Source of the DNA: Tubiluchus corallicola
Taxonomy: Eukaryota; Animalia; Priapulida
NCBI GenBank assembly: GCA_030141605.1
Contig: JAQGDQ010000589.1
Coordinates: 1-64,000 of the forward strand
DNA length: 64,000 nt
Direction: 5' to 3'
A program made the position numbers and the translations under genes. Below the pieces are notes generated by a model. The model made no database searches. It was not told the origin of the DNA and saw only the letters and a program-made list of their open reading frames with translations. Shown here piece after piece: positions 25,486-39,470 of the stretch (positions are counted from its first letter, which is position 1; the number at the start of each line of letters is the position of its first letter).

Positions 25486-26864
25486 TAGCGCATTTCACTT
25501 ATGAGCCCCCCCCCCCCCTGTCCTCTTCCCTCACTCCTCACTATTAGAGAAAGATGGAAAACAGTTTTAAATCGAAATTAAACAGTAAAAACATAACCGT
25601 TTAATGGATAATGAATGATTAGAGGGATGAAAATCATGATTAACCCTATCTGTGCTTGAAAATAAAGTGAAACCAACGATGATCAGGTTGTGATAAATAC
25701 TGAAGTTTGAATGTTGAAAGGCGGTAGATTAACATTTGTAAAGTTCTTTGTGTCAGGCGATTTCTGAGCAACTGAATGAATTCTTATTTTCTAAATTTAC
25801 GTTTAGCTCTTAGAAGCGTCACCTTAGTTATGCGATTAATTGCTTTGTTGATACGTTCTGCATGGTCTAGTGAAAACGGTGATGTACAGGATAGACGCCG
25901 ACTACAGAATTTCTCTTACAAAGATAATCTGCTTAAATTGCTAGGATTAGTTTCTTTTTTATGCTCAGCGCATAAAGAAGACACTTTAGGATAATTTCTG
26001 GGTGGCTGGGTCGGTGCATACTTTTAGAATTAACGTCATTCACTCTAGAGATAATCAGCTTTAAGCGTTGATAGCATCTTTGTTGATGCATAGTCAAGGG
26101 GATTAACATTTTTGTTGATGTACAGAGAAGCTTTGTCTGAAATTGATCTGTCATTAAGTAAATTATACCTGAGCTGAACAGTGAGATGTTGTCTGAGAAT
26201 AAAGCTTTAGAATCTAAAAGCTTTTTTCCTGGAATGTAAATTGTTCATGTGAGAGAAGTGCTGGTATCTGCTGTTTAAGACATTCGCCATGGTATTTATA
26301 AAACAACAATACGCCTAGTAAAATAAACGGATTATACTAAAATTTACCACTTGTTGATCAGTAAAATGTGACAATTTCAATGAACGTAAAGAACATCAAA
26401 ACATAGTTAAAGAGAATAAATTTTGTCTTAATTTTGATTTTTGATTTGCCTCTTACAAGCATGTACATAAGGGCAGAAATTTGGAAACTCTGACAATGCA
26501 GACAGCACTGAAATAAGCTACGAAACAAATGCAAACAAATTTGCTGTAATTAATAATGTCATTAACTAGACAATGACTACGATAACCTAATGCTTATTAC
26601 CGGGCAAATAAGGATTATATATAGCTTATATATTTATTTATATAAAGTTTGATAAAGCTAGATTTGGTTTTTTGCATAGGTAACAATAGGGATTTAAAGC
26701 AAAACCGGGCCCAATCTTAAACTGTAGGTCAAAACAATCTAATCTTTAAAATATTGAAAGCAAACATACTATTTTTTTTCAAAAAATGACTTACGTAAAA
26801 GAATTCTTACCACACAAACAAAATATCGCGTTCGCGCCTCTTATTCTTCGCTGTTGCGATTCGC

Positions 26865-27303
26865 TAGTTAGACGGGCACTAGCGCCTGTATTTCGGAAAC
26901 GCATTGTACAAAATACAAGTGCCGTACTTCTCAATTCAGATGTATTAGTTTGTGATGAACTGCACATGTTTGGCAGCTCATGCGCTAGTACAGCAGTAAA
27001 TTTGAAATTTGAATCTGAATCTTACAAGTTGCCTAGTTTTAGTACAACACACTGAATATCTTACAGTAGCAATTTTTCCGCTTTCGCAAAAACGCGCAAC
27101 ACGCTCATGGAATATATTTGCTGTTGAGATTGGGTTAGTTTATGATGTCATCAATAGTTCGGCTCGCCCGCCATTAATTAAATTTTTAATCTAATATTTA
27201 ATTATCAGAAACCATTTTGCATTATTAATTTTGTTATAATGTATATTTTTTATCGGACTTCAAAATGGGGTAGTATATGAAAAAACATCCTGTCTTCCTT
27301 TAA
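26865..27303 (+). mobile_element. Non-autonomous DNA element with a Kolobok/T2-like terminus
   Basis: Ends in ..gtcttccTTTAA (YY terminus plus TTAA); related pieces at 21735-21946 and 60521-60712. Left end not located. Confidence 0.55.
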
Positions 27304-27344
27304 AGCTCCCATAATGGCTGATATAAAGCGTACAGTACGAAATA

Positions 27345-29160
27345 GAATATTGATGTTTCAATTCACGTAGTTAAAGAGTTATAATGTGCACAAGAAATTC
27401 GACACGCTTTTACGAAAATTTTGTTCATTAAATTAGCTTGCGCTGCAATACACTAGCATGCGAAATTCGAATCATGATACATGGAAATTATACAATCTAA
27501 TGCAAAAAATATGATTGTAAGCGTTTCGTATAGACCACCTGGATCAAGTCTATTAACACTTTTAGATAATTTAGAAAATCTTCTTTCAAAAACTGTAAGG
27601 AAAATAAGTATGTTTTCATGGCTGGCGATTTTAATATAAATCTACTTAATTCTAAACCTCATAAATACACTGAATCATAAATATACTAAGTCACACTTTG
27701 CGTCCTTTAATAACAAAACCTACTAGAGTAACAAGTTTCTCAGCCTCACAAATTGATAATATTTTCACGAACAACATTTTATATGACAATCTGACTGCTG
27801 GTAGAGCGATTTATTCGACCACTTTCCTGTGTTTTCAAAATTAACTTTAAAAGTTTCTCTCCATCGCCACCCTGTTGTTTCATACTTTTGAAAGTTTACT
27901 TATCTAGCCACAAGGAGTTTAATACAAAGATCAGGTCTACGTGACTGGTCTCAAGTCTTACATTCTCACGAGCCTGACATAGCTTACAAATCATTTATTT
28001 CTCTGATACCTATAATAATTGTTTTTCATTAGTTTCTAAAATAATCAAACCCCACCCTTTTAATAAACCCGGGTTAGCAGAACTCTTAATTCAATCAATG
28101 AACTGTAATAATGAATTGTAAATGAAACAATTTAAAACACCAACTGAACAAAATATGTCGATTTACCGAAATTATGAGAATAATTTAACAATTCTGAAGA
28201 AAGCAAAATAAGATTATTATGATATTAGCATACAAAATAATGTAGATAATATGAAAAACGCATGAGAAATAATAAACTTAGCTGCGGTACGTATTTTGAT
28301 CATTCTGCTTATTACGATAAGTAACATAAGTTAAGGAATGCTTATCAAATTTTGGGTGGTTTTAATAATTATTTCACCAGGGATATAACCTGGCTAGCAA
28401 AATATCTAATACACATGTTCATTTCTTTTCACACTTGCACAGACCAGAGTTCAATGCCGAAATTTCCTATAGATGAAACCGAATTAGCTAATGTTGTAAA
28501 CAAGTTAAAACACAAAAATAGTGCTGGTTAAGATGACTTAATCCCAAACTCTTCAAAAAGTCGACCAAAAATATTATCGACTCTATATTTTTCTATATTT
28601 ATTCAATATTCTATAAACCTCTTCTATATTTTTTAGTCAATCATTTTCAAAGGGAATTGTGCCAAATGAACTAAAAAAGCACAAAAATAAATCCTATTTT
28701 CAAAAGTGGTGACAAAACTTTTCTTTCTCAAAAATTTTAGAAAAGTTAATGCATAATATGCTTCTAGATTACCTCAAAAGAAGTAGCATAATATATAAAA
28801 AAGCAACTAGGATTCAGACATAGTCATTCCGCAGATATGGATCTGTTAGGACTTCTTAATTTTCTGTCTAAATCAATAAGCAACAAAGTGCTCACAATAG
28901 GTATTTTCATCTACCTCTCTAAAGCATTCGATACTATTGATCAGGAAATATTATTAGCCAAATTAAATCATTATTGTGTAAGAGTTTCACTAGTTATGTA
29001 AGACATTGTCAACAGTTAGTTCAAATTAATCTTTGAAAGAAATTACTTATGGCGCCCAGCAGGGAGCTATTCTTGGCCCCCTTTCTTTTATTGTTCATAT
29101 CAATGACCTATGTCTTAGACTTTCTAAAATTTATTCTATTCGTAGACAACACCATTATCT
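27345..29160 (+). mobile_element. Heavily decayed L2/CR1-group LINE ORF2 (EN plus RT), missed by the ORF track
   Basis: Hand translation across frames gives IVSVSYRPPGS, AGDFNINLL, PTRVTSFSASQIDNIFTN, DHFPV, LSKAFDTID, GAQQGAILGP..INDL and LFVDNT (FADD equivalent) in canonical order. Confidence 0.85.
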
Positions 29161-29161
29161 T

Positions 29162-29634
29162 TAGAATATTCAGAAATGTCTTTTCTACGTCGGACAGAAT
29201 CACATATTTTGGTATGCGGAACCGTAAGAGAATCCCACACAGATCAGCAGTTAAATTTGCACTTGCGTTGTTGTTTTCTCGGGTCTAACAACTGAATCGT
29301 GTGGAAAATAGCGCACCACTTCTGCACATTCGGCAAGTTCAATGACTTGCTCAGTTATATCAAGATCTTCTGGTTGGGTTACTTTGTTGGTATACTGCCT
29401 GAATAAGTCGGAGTCAGATTGCAAATGGTGTTTTAGCGAATGAAGTCTCCTGCTGGCTACACCATAGTTCGAAGGAGGTCTATCCTCACCCTTCCATGGA
29501 AGATTGACGTGATACCGATTGTTCTGAAACACAGTATTTTTTTCAAATTCTTGAATAACATTATCATTATGTACATCACACACAGTATCCTTAAACCTAA
29601 TCATGTCTACCACAATGCTGATACTTGTAGTCAA
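29162..29634 (-). mobile_element. BEL/Pao LTR-retrotransposon pol fragment
   Basis: RYHVNLPWK, SNYGVASRRL, YFPHDSVVRPEKTTT, then ILLRFRIPKYVILSDVEKTFLNI (cf. LLRFR..ADIEKAFLQI). Confidence 0.85.
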
Positions 29635-29734
29635 GGCGTTTCATGGTAAGGCGCCTGATTACATTTTGTGACATGATTCGTCCAGACTGATCTAGTTTTA
29701 AATAAAATAAAAATTAACCTTTTGTTTACTATTC

Positions 29735-30127
29735 ATAGAGTGGGATGTTCCACTATGGATGTTAGGTCATTTGCTGTTGCAGGATCAACTCTATGAAACA
29801 ATCTGCCTAACCGCATCAGGACACTTTCATTCACTGACGCTTTTAACATACAGATTAAAACGTTCTTGTGGCATATAGTCTTTAAACTGATCAAATTATA
29901 ATTATCAGTCTTGATAAACTTCTACTTTTGTGAGTCAGTGTGTTTTGTTTACTTAGTTATTACAATTTTTGTGAAATTTCATAGACTTGCTGTTTAATCT
30001 TGTAAATTTCTTTAATTCTGTGATATTTTTGTGAAGTGTATTTGAATACTGTACGTCGTATGTGCATATAGATTTAGAAGTTATATGAAAGAAATATGAT
30101 CACTATAATTATTATTCCTATTATTAT
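29735..30127 (+). mobile_element. 3' end of an L2-like LINE
   Basis: RSFAVAGSTL*NNLPNRIR..AFNIQIKTFL C-terminal motif followed by a UTR and a (TAT)n-like tail. Confidence 0.65.
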
Positions 30128-30633
30128 ACCAAATGTGGCAATAATCAAGTTTTTGGAATGATGACTAAATTGCAATTAAATGCAATAATGCAATTAAAAA
30201 TTAAAACAACAACTGAACAAGTCATGAATGCAACAACAAAAAGCAAGCAATCTGGTTAAATCATAATTGCAGCAAGTGAACTAAAATGCAGCAAATGAAC
30301 GAAAATGTAGTTAAATAATGAATGCACAACAAAAAAAAAACAAAAGGAAGAAAATGCGTGCAGTAAGTATCAAATGTAATAAATGAACAAAAGCAATCAG
30401 TAATCATAATGTGACAAACACAACATTAACACTATTAACACAAAAAGCAAGCAAAGCAGTCAATTTATAAATGCAGCTATTGAATGAAAAGCAAACAAAA
30501 AAAAGCAAATTTAATCATAAATATAGCAAATATATTCAAGCAGGCAAGCAAGCATATTTTTATTTTTGGGAATAGGATAGTAAACCCATGTAATGCATTA
30601 TCAGCACCCATGTGGCTTTGGTTCACACCCCCC

Positions 30634-30772
30634 ACACACACACATACACACACACACACACGCACGCACGCACGCACACACACACACACACATACATACT
30701 CACACATATACATATATGTATACATATATACATACACACATACGTACACATGTATATATGCATATATGTGTG
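30634..30772. repeat. (AC)n/(AT)n compound microsatellite
   Basis: Direct observation. Confidence 0.9.
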
Positions 30773-30909
30773 TAAAGGATCCTTACAAAGAGATTTATCA
30801 TAAAAAAGTTTTTTTTATATTGGAGGTAATAAGTTTCAGTAATTTGGAGTACAGAAGAGAATATAAATGTGCAAAACAGCAATTGAGTTAAGTTTGGGAG
30901 TAAGTCCTA

Positions 30910-31972
30910 TTAATAGTTGCCAATCAGCTGATTACAAAATAGTTTAACTGCAGTTTTACATGAAGTAGTGGATATAAAAAGTGGATCTAAATTATTCCAC
31001 AATTTAGTGCCAAGGTGATGCAATGTATTTAAGCCATTTATAGTGTTAAATCTGGACTGAAAGTAATTGCCCCTACGAGATGCTCTGGTGTTGTACGAAT
31101 GTATGTTTCTAGTTTGAGTAAAGTAATTTGCAAATAGTTCGGGGAGAGCATTATTAGAAAATTTATGCATAAATTTAAATAACTGGAGAGTATATATATC
31201 TTTTACTTTTAATAGGTTTAACTGAGCATAGGAAGGCGTTGCATGATCACGCCGGTTTGAGAAAGTAATAAATTTAACAGTTTTATTTTGGGCCGTAATT
31301 AACGGTCGCAGGCTGTTATTTTTTGCTCTCCCCAACATAGAATACGGGAAAGCAAATAGGAATGTATAAGAGAATAGTATATCATCTTCAGGGTTTTTGT
31401 ACCCCCTGAAGTCTACGTAGTACCTAAGTTTGCTGAATATACTATTTATTGACTTTATATGCAATGGTTTTTATATGTGTATTCCATTTCATGTCAACGT
31501 CTAAATGTAGTCCTAGATATTTGATGCAGGTTGTTTGATGAAGAACATTACTGTTTATTTTGATTGTAATAGGTAGAACAGGTTTCTTAGTAATCAAAAT
31601 ATACTTAGTCTTGTTATAATTTAATGTTAGTTTGTTAGCTATCATCCATTTGCTAATTTTGATTAGTTCTTCATTAGTTCTAGTTTCAGGACTGAGAAGA
31701 TTGGTGTCAGATATGAATAGGTTAGTATCATCTGCAAACATGCGCATATTAAAGTTAGATGCCATAGGATGATCATTTATATAAACAAGAAATAGTAATG
31801 GGCCTAATGTTGAGCTCTGGGGAACTCCACAGGTGACGTGTGCTCGATCTGAAGAGGTATTATGACTGACGGTGAAATGTTGACGATTAGATAAATAAGA
31901 TGTTAGTAGCTCAAGTGCAGTGCCTCTGACGCCATAATGTTGTAATTTGTAATGAAGTATATTGTGCTGCAC
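30910..31972 (-). mobile_element. 5'-truncated L2/CR1-group LINE, RT 3' half
   Basis: KLQHYGVRG, GVPQSSTLGPLLFLVYIND, FADDTNL, KYLGL, HSYNTR, GTKLWNNL; collinear with the element at 53991-57068. Confidence 0.9.
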
Positions 31973-32059
31973 TGATATACTCTTATATACTCTTATATAT
32001 ACTGATATAATCTTGCAGATCTGAGTAGTGATAAATCCACAGATAAAGCAAACAATGAC

Positions 32060-32913
32060 ACAATTATAATACTCTTAAACTCATACATTAACACAGTTTT
32101 AAAAATTGCCTGAGTTGATCGCGATTCCGGAAACCAGAATTCCCGAATCTGACAATTTTCTGTGTAACATACAACGTTATTCTTTCTCACACTATGATTC
32201 CAATACAGCTGCTGGTGGCGTAGGAGTATATTTAAAATCTAGCTTCAATTTTAAAATGAATCCTGAATACAAAATAAGAACTTTTAAAAATGACATTGTC
32301 TTTGGAATAAGTACAACTAGTAGAAAGGTACTTGAGGACCTGCGGGCTAAAATTGCTTCCACTGATAACAAGAAAAACTTTTATATTTGGAGTAATATAT
32401 AGGCATCCAAGCACCCCAGTCGAACATTTTCATGACGAATTATAATCAGTTCATCGCACTATCAACTCCACAGGCAAACCAGCTTATGTATTGTGGAGAG
32501 ATTAATATAGATTTATATCAACGTGATAACAAACCATTTATTAATGTGTATCTCAACATGCTCTTCTCAAATCCACTGCACCAATTACCACATGGCCAAC
32601 TAGAATTACTGCAACGTCACACAATCTAATTGATAATATTTATACTGATGATCTTCCTACACCCATCACATCTGGCATTATTACTAACTCCATTTGGATC
32701 ACTTGCCAATATATGACATATATTAATCTCCTGCACAAAAACATTAAAAAATCAGTCAAATGTTCAAGATCATTGAATCAAGGTAACTGTTTTAACGAGC
32801 TCCAAGATAAAATATGTAACCTAGCACTGAAAGATGGCAAAGCAGGCATACAGTCCTACTGGTCACGATTCATGGACTCATTTAAAACATTACTGAATAA
32901 ATTTTTTGTTTAA
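32060..32913 (+). mobile_element. AP-endonuclease fragment of an L2/CR1-group LINE, inverted relative to the adjacent RT fragment
   Basis: LIAIPETR, AGGVGVYLK, CGEINIDL, PTRIT..LIDNIYT, DHLPIY; collinear with 56100-56900 of the other LINE. Confidence 0.8.
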
Positions 32914-33143
32914 CTTCTGTAGACCAATTTCAAGATTGCAAAGTCTAGAATATTTATATTTTGAAGTTTGGTCTCGATTATTAATCTCCTCATGCAGTCA
33001 TTCAGGTAATTTTTTGTGCTTTAAATATCTGTCTAATTATTTTAAGTCAGATCATCGAAAATCGCTTTGTAATTTTTAATGGCTCCATTATACATTTGCT
33101 TGCCTATGAGCAATTATAACACACAACTTGAAATTTTGTTTGC

Positions 33144-33154
<11 letters not shown>

Positions 33155-33209
<55 letters not shown>

Positions 33210-33230
33210 GTGTGTGTGTGTGTGTGTTTG
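33155..33230. repeat. (GT)n microsatellite
   Basis: Direct observation. Confidence 0.95.
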
Positions 33231-34885
33231 TATATGTATGTATATAAAAAATATGTTATTATATAACATGCATTAAATAATTATATAAATTTAAAGTAAT
33301 TTGTAAGAATTAAATTCTACCTACAAGAAGTACAAATACTAATACACTGTACCACAGCACCTTTAACAATGTTCATCTCTAACCAGAAGATAGTTAAACA
33401 AAAGATTGTGTTGTTGTGTTACGTTATTACATTATGAGGGGCTAATGCTCTATTTCCAAGAGAATACCATTTTATGCGGTAATAACTGTTATGAGTCTGA
33501 TTAATTATATTAAACAAAAACCTTTTGAGTACTATGTTGATGATTTTTATATACAAAGGAAATCACTCTAATTGAGCAGTGACCACATTTTACTAGATTT
33601 AATTATCTGTACATATCAAACAACATCTTATTGGCTTGTGTGTGCTAAATTGTACTTCTTAGTTGTTTCTACACTCTGGTGAAATTTCTTTGTTTTTCAG
33701 ACGCCATGACAATAGACAGTAAATTGTCCGAAACCGGAAGGCAATAAAATATCTATTTTGAAGAGATTACAATAATACCCCTAATCCTTTCAAATCTGCG
33801 TCCAGATGCTAAAATTATCGTCATATTTCCTACGAAACGCAAGCGGCTTTACAACTATCTTGAAACTGTAAATAGGCAATCTCATAGACTCATAGACAGA
33901 TCTAATCATCGTAGATTCCTTGGACTTGAAAACCACATTTACACTCAATAATCTGGCATGACATGGCATATATGCCAGCAACAGCCACAATATCGGCCAT
34001 CTTGAAAATGGCAGTTATTGTGAATTTACTTAAATATTTTGTTTTTAAAGCCGATATCTAGATGCTAAGGTCATCAACTTATCTGCCTTGATACTTGCAA
34101 AATGTATGTTGTTCTTATAATAAATCTTTGGTGAAACAACTATTACACGCGTGACTTAATAATATACATGTAATTTCACTTTGTGTTTTGGCCATTTTTC
34201 GGCGCGCATTTCTGAAATGAAGTAACAGAAACGGATTTCTTAGATTTTACTGCCCTGAAATAGATGTCATTAATCGCTTCGCGATATTAATCTTCTGGGA
34301 ATTTAGTTTGATTTGTATATAGCGTGGGCAAAACCCTGAAGATATTTTTTTTCGTTTTTGATCCAATCCTGCTAATTTCTCAAACTGGCAACAGCATTTT
34401 TCATATTTAGCATAGCCAAATAGACAAGACTGGCTAAGTTGCCCACGCTTAGAGAAAAACGCTCTTAGAACGTTATAGAAGCATCTTTATTATTTTCTTC
34501 TAGTCTCACTGTTTTTGCCTATTTTTGGATTACTTCATTCAAATTTTGAGCATTTGCAAAATATGAATAACAAAAACCAACAATCCGCAAAATGCTGAGA
34601 ATCCATCAGCATTAAAACTGTAACAATATAAAATATATAAAATGAATTAATAAAGTTATTATTATTAAAAGTAGTTTTCGTCAATGTGCGAATTGGGGTT
34701 CACTGGGTTAAATGCCGACGTGAGCGCTCTGCAATTCGATAGTTTCCACTGTTTACTAACTTACTGAAATGCAGAAGGTTGCTGTTAACTGAAAAGTACT
34801 TTTGAAATTGTACAATTGGTCGCATGTTATACAGATGGAGCTCAAATATTTTTTATTTATTTATACTTTCGATTAATGTTTAATC

Positions 34886-35977
34886 ATGGAAAGTCACTAC
34901 ACTATAAGACAACGCGATAATGGGCAATATGTTGTGTTCCACTGGTTCTTACTGATAAATTTTTGCTTATTTGTTTACGCTTACGTTATCGCGAAACAAA
35001 AATTAACCCTGGTGGATTTAAAGAGAAACCTCGGTACTAAATATAAACATTTTGTTGTGAAAACTGAGGAGCAAGAAAACTGGTTGTACTCAAGACATCA
35101 GAATGCAAGAGTTACTCTACATGCGCTGAAAAACAATGTATCTTACATAACTATGGGAATGCTGCCAGGAAGACTTGGAAATAATATGTTTAGTTATGCT
35201 TCCTTGTACGGAATAGCACGTGCAAATCATCTTACACCAGTGTTGCCAGAAGATTTTTCTCTGTACAATGTCTTTCCACATCTAAAGGTAGCAACAATGC
35301 CTTCAGTTAAATATTTATACTTTAGAAAACAGTTTCGGCGTGTTAGCTTAAGATATGGCTCAATGTTTTATCCAGATTCGCAACATTTAATAGATTACAT
35401 TGGACACCCTGCAAACATAAGTTTGAAAGGGTATCTCCAATCATATAAATATTTTACTTTCATGAAAGAGGAGGTAAAAAATCAATTTAGTTTTAACGGT
35501 AAAACCATCACAAAAGCGAAAATGTTGTTAAATCGTGAATTACAGCGGAGAGGCATTTTGGCTGCTACAGCAACATTAGTGGGAATTCACGTGCGAAGAG
35601 GCGATATCTTGTCAACAATTTTCCAAGTCCCTTCAGCTGCATATATCAAAAGAGCTATGGACTTTATGAAAAGCAAATTTACCAACGTAGTGTTTGTTGT
35701 TATTGGTGAAGACACAACCTGGAACAAAGAGAACATTAATGGATCAGATGTCGTTTTCATGCCTAACAACAGTGAGCCTGTTGTTGACATGTGCATTGTC
35801 AGCCATTTATGTAACCACGTGATCACAACAGTAGGAACGTTCAGTTTCTGGTGTGGATATTTATCAAACGGAACTGTAGTATACTTTCGTGATATGCTTC
35901 CTGATGACTACAGAGACAGAACACACTGGTTCATTGCTAATGACTATTGGCCACCTGAATGGATAGGCCTACATTGA
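34886..35977 (+). CDS. GT11 alpha-1,2-fucosyltransferase (FUT1/FUT2-like), single-exon ORF, 363 aa
   Basis: TM anchor; GRLGNNMFSYASLYGIA, GYLQSYKYF, VGIHVRRGD (motif I), ED..WNKEN (II), DM....CNHVITTVGTFSFWCGYL (III), DYWPPEWIG; AATAAA at 36246. Confidence 0.95.
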   Translation: MESHYTIRQRDNGQYVVFHWFLLINFCLFVYAYVIAKQKLTLVDLKRNLGTKYKHFVVKTEEQENWLYSRHQNARVTLHALKNNVSYITMGMLPGRLGNNMFSYASLYGIARANHLTPVLPEDFSLYNVFPHLKVATMPSVKYLYFRKQFRRVSLRYGSMFYPDSQHLIDYIGHPANISLKGYLQSYKYFTFMKEEVKNQFSFNGKTITKAKMLLNRELQRRGILAATATLVGIHVRRGDILSTIFQVPSAAYIKRAMDFMKSKFTNVVFVVIGEDTTWNKENINGSDVVFMPNNSEPVVDMCIVSHLCNHVITTVGTFSFWCGYLSNGTVVYFRDMLPDDYRDRTHWFIANDYWPPEWIGLH

Positions 35978-38799
35978 GCAAAAACAAAACATTGTGGTAA
36001 TATGGTGTATATTAGTTGTTGTCATATTAGTTAGTATAGCTCAGGGCATGTACCCTATTTGTTATTCGTTATTCGTGTGTCACGGCTAGTATCGTTTGAG
36101 CAAAATTGGTGTTTGTGGTGCCACCGCCTATCCCTAAAAATGAAAAAAATGGATATTCAAGTACATAATTATTTTGTGAACACGTAAGAGGCTGGTTTAT
36201 CTTAATTGTTATTATTACAGAACATTTGTGTATATAAGTTAATACAATAAAAGTTTTTTTGAGAATCTAGACTGGCTGTTTAGACAGTTGTCGATGTTTA
36301 CTTTTCGCTACTTGTTTTAATTAACATTGCTGGATGCACGAGATGTAAGCAGTAGTTGCAATGAATAATGAAATATGACATACCGTGTCGCCTACCTGGT
36401 AGCGAAACGATAGACAACAACTGACAAGTAAAATCTCTGTCGTGGAGAAACCCGAGAGATAATGACGCATTATTATATTATTATGCATGATATATGCATT
36501 ATTATATACAGAAATCCTATGAAGCTGGGCCTATATATTTAACAATTCAAATTGACTGCCCTGAGCACTTAGGCATATATTAAAACTGACGCATTAATTT
36601 AAGCCTATCGATAAATAAATAATTTATCAAGGTTGGTCTGTGGTTTTAGCCAGAGGAATTTTATTAGTAATGAGAAATAACTAATTAAACAGACTATAGG
36701 TGTAGCCCCAATGTTTATACTGGTCAATTTTTACACTTAAACAAACTGTGTTTAATGAACATTTATTTTGACGTGAGCCTGACCAAATCTTAAAAAATTA
36801 GGCTAAATAAAAATGACGTCTGCACATGATATAGGGCCAAGGTATATAAGTATATCAATATTATTTATATTAAAATATGAAAACAATTTTCCATGAAAAG
36901 TATATTACACATGAAAGACAGGCCTAATAATTTTTCAAGCAAAGTCTGCTGTGAAAAACACTTTCTGCAAAACAAACGTATGTGCTCCAATCGAACGGCC
37001 TGAATAAGCCATCTCAGCAGTCTGCATGCCACACTGGGTATGGGTGCCAGCAGCTTACCCGTTTGCGTGCCTGATATCCACCCACCTTACCCTAATTGAC
37101 GTCAAACATATTGGTCTATCTAAGCTGTCTAAGCTAAGACAACAACTGTCTAAGCTAAACTAAAGTAAACTAAACATGACAGTCACAACAAATGTTTAAT
37201 CAGCAGGCAAACTGATTGCTCTTTTTCATAAACACAAATATGCAGAGCAGTAACTATTTTTACACGAAATTAACACTCCAAGCAGCCAAAAAATGACTTT
37301 TCAATGTAAACAGAACATAGAGATGAAGTTTCAAAGCACTGCAAAATACAGAGACATAAGTATAATAAAGAAACTAAGCCAGTTAGCCTTGCTTTACAAT
37401 AAATGAGCAACAAAAATATAAAGTCTCTCTTGCCTTTAAACATACGAACATCAAGCCTGTGATGTATTTTTCTATATTAACTGATCATGTGCTCCTCTGC
37501 AAGATTTATTAAGGTTTTGTGGTTTTCCCATTGTCAGGCTACGGAAATGGATTGACTATTCCATTCCATAGGCCACCTTATAAATTAAGTTTAGACCACA
37601 TTTGAATTAATTTTGACTGTGAAGATCTCATCGAGGTTTATAAAAACTGGCCAGAAAAGGAAACAATCTTTGTCCTTATTTAAAGTTGATCAGATAGTTG
37701 TTTTATCTAACTTGCAAAGTCATCAATTAAACTAAACTGTGTATTTTCTCGATTGCAAAATGGTTTAAGCAGCAACTCATAGACGCAAGCGTTGTGCATT
37801 TCTTCCTATAAAGGAAACTAGACTACATATTTCCACAAATTCACTTGCAATTTCAATTGACAATAATAAAATCTAGAACCAGGCCAATATTTCTCCAGCA
37901 AACTAATGAAAAGTTGAGCATTTTTTACAACAGTGTTAGATGGAGCTGTAGCTAAATGTCCCAAACGTACCTGCTGCAGGGGTGTGTGAAAGAACTTGCA
38001 TTGTACTGGCAGTCAACGAAAATGATTGAGAAGTGCAGCAGCAGCGCGGTAGACGTTTCTCTTCTTTCTGCGTTTTGTCGCAAGAGTCCCGGGCAGTACT
38101 GTAGTGTGGCGCACTTGGTGTATGGTAGTGTTACGTATGCTTGTCTAGGGGTATGGTGGCACACACTCACATTTGTTAGTCTTGAAGACCAACAATGATT
38201 TACAATTGTGGATCCATGTGTACAATTAAGCTAATTTTAGCACGTTATAGTGAGACAGTGTGTTTGTTCATGTGTAGGTGTATTGTCATAATGCACAACC
38301 AGAATAATTCAAAAGCAAAGTCAAAGTTAAATGTTTAATGTTATATTTCGCATCAAATAAGAATCTAACCAGAGCATTTCAGTTCATGTATGAGCATAAT
38401 ACACTACAGGTATCTATGGTCTCTCTGGTACACTTGCCCTGGTCTCCTAGAGTTTAACACTGTGCAACCAACTCAAGACAGGAGCGCCCTCTATTTACAT
38501 GCCAACCTGCTGCCTACACAACACTGCCTCGCTAGTAGAGAACAGCATAACTATACTTATTCAGTATGGCACTATACTTGTTCAGTATCTATGACTATGG
38601 AAGCAGGTCTTTGACTAGCTTTATCCAAGCCAGAGACTCTCCTGGCAGGGTTACCTGACAGAGTTAAATCTTGTGTATTTCTACACTGGTCCTGTGCATA
38701 TGCTGCACCTTACTTACTAGAACCTGTGCATTTTCTGCTCTGGGCTCAGCAAATAGCACTTACTTTGTTCAGGTAATAAGAACAGCAATTTAGTCCTTC

Positions 38800-39470
38800 T
38801 GCTTATCCAACAGGGTTGCTTATTCAGCAAGGCTGCTTGTTCAGCAGTGGCTGCTTATTCAGCAAGGCTGCTTGTTCAGCAGGGCTGCTTATTCAGCAGA
38901 GGTTGCTTGTTCAGCAGGGCTGCTTATTCAGCAGGGTTGCTTGTTCAGCAAGGCTGCTTATTCAGCAGGGTTGCTTGTTCAGCAAGGTTGCTTGTTCAGC
39001 AGAGGCTGCTTGTTCAGCAAGGTTGCTTGTTCAGCAAGGTTGCTTGTTCAGCAGAGGCTGCTTATCCAGCAGGGTTGCTTGTTCAGCAAGGTTGCTTGTT
39101 CAGCAAGGTTGCTTGTTCTGCAAGGCTGCTTGTTCAGCAGAGGCTGCTTGTTCAGCAAGGTTGCTTGTTCAGCAAGGCTGCTTGTTCAGCAGAGGCTGCT
39201 TGTTCAGCAAGGTTGCTTGTTCAGCAAGGTTGCTTGTTCAGCAGAGGCTGCTTGTTCAGCAAGGTTGCTTGTTCAGCAAGGTTGCTTGTTCAGCAGAGGC
39301 TGCTTGTTCAGCAAGGTTGCTTGTTCAGCAGGGCTGCTTATTCAGCAGAGGCTGCTTGTTCAGCAAGGTTGCTTGTTCAGCAAGGTTGCTTGTTCAGCAG
39401 AGGCTGCTTGTTCAGCAAGGTTGCTTGTTCAGCAGGGCTGCTTATTCAGCAGAGGCTGCTTATTCAGCAG
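38800..39470. repeat. 17/18-bp tandem repeat with a roughly 52-bp higher-order pattern
   Basis: Units gcttgttcagcaaggtt (17) and gcttgttcagcagaggct (18), mostly ordered A-A-B. Confidence 0.95.
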
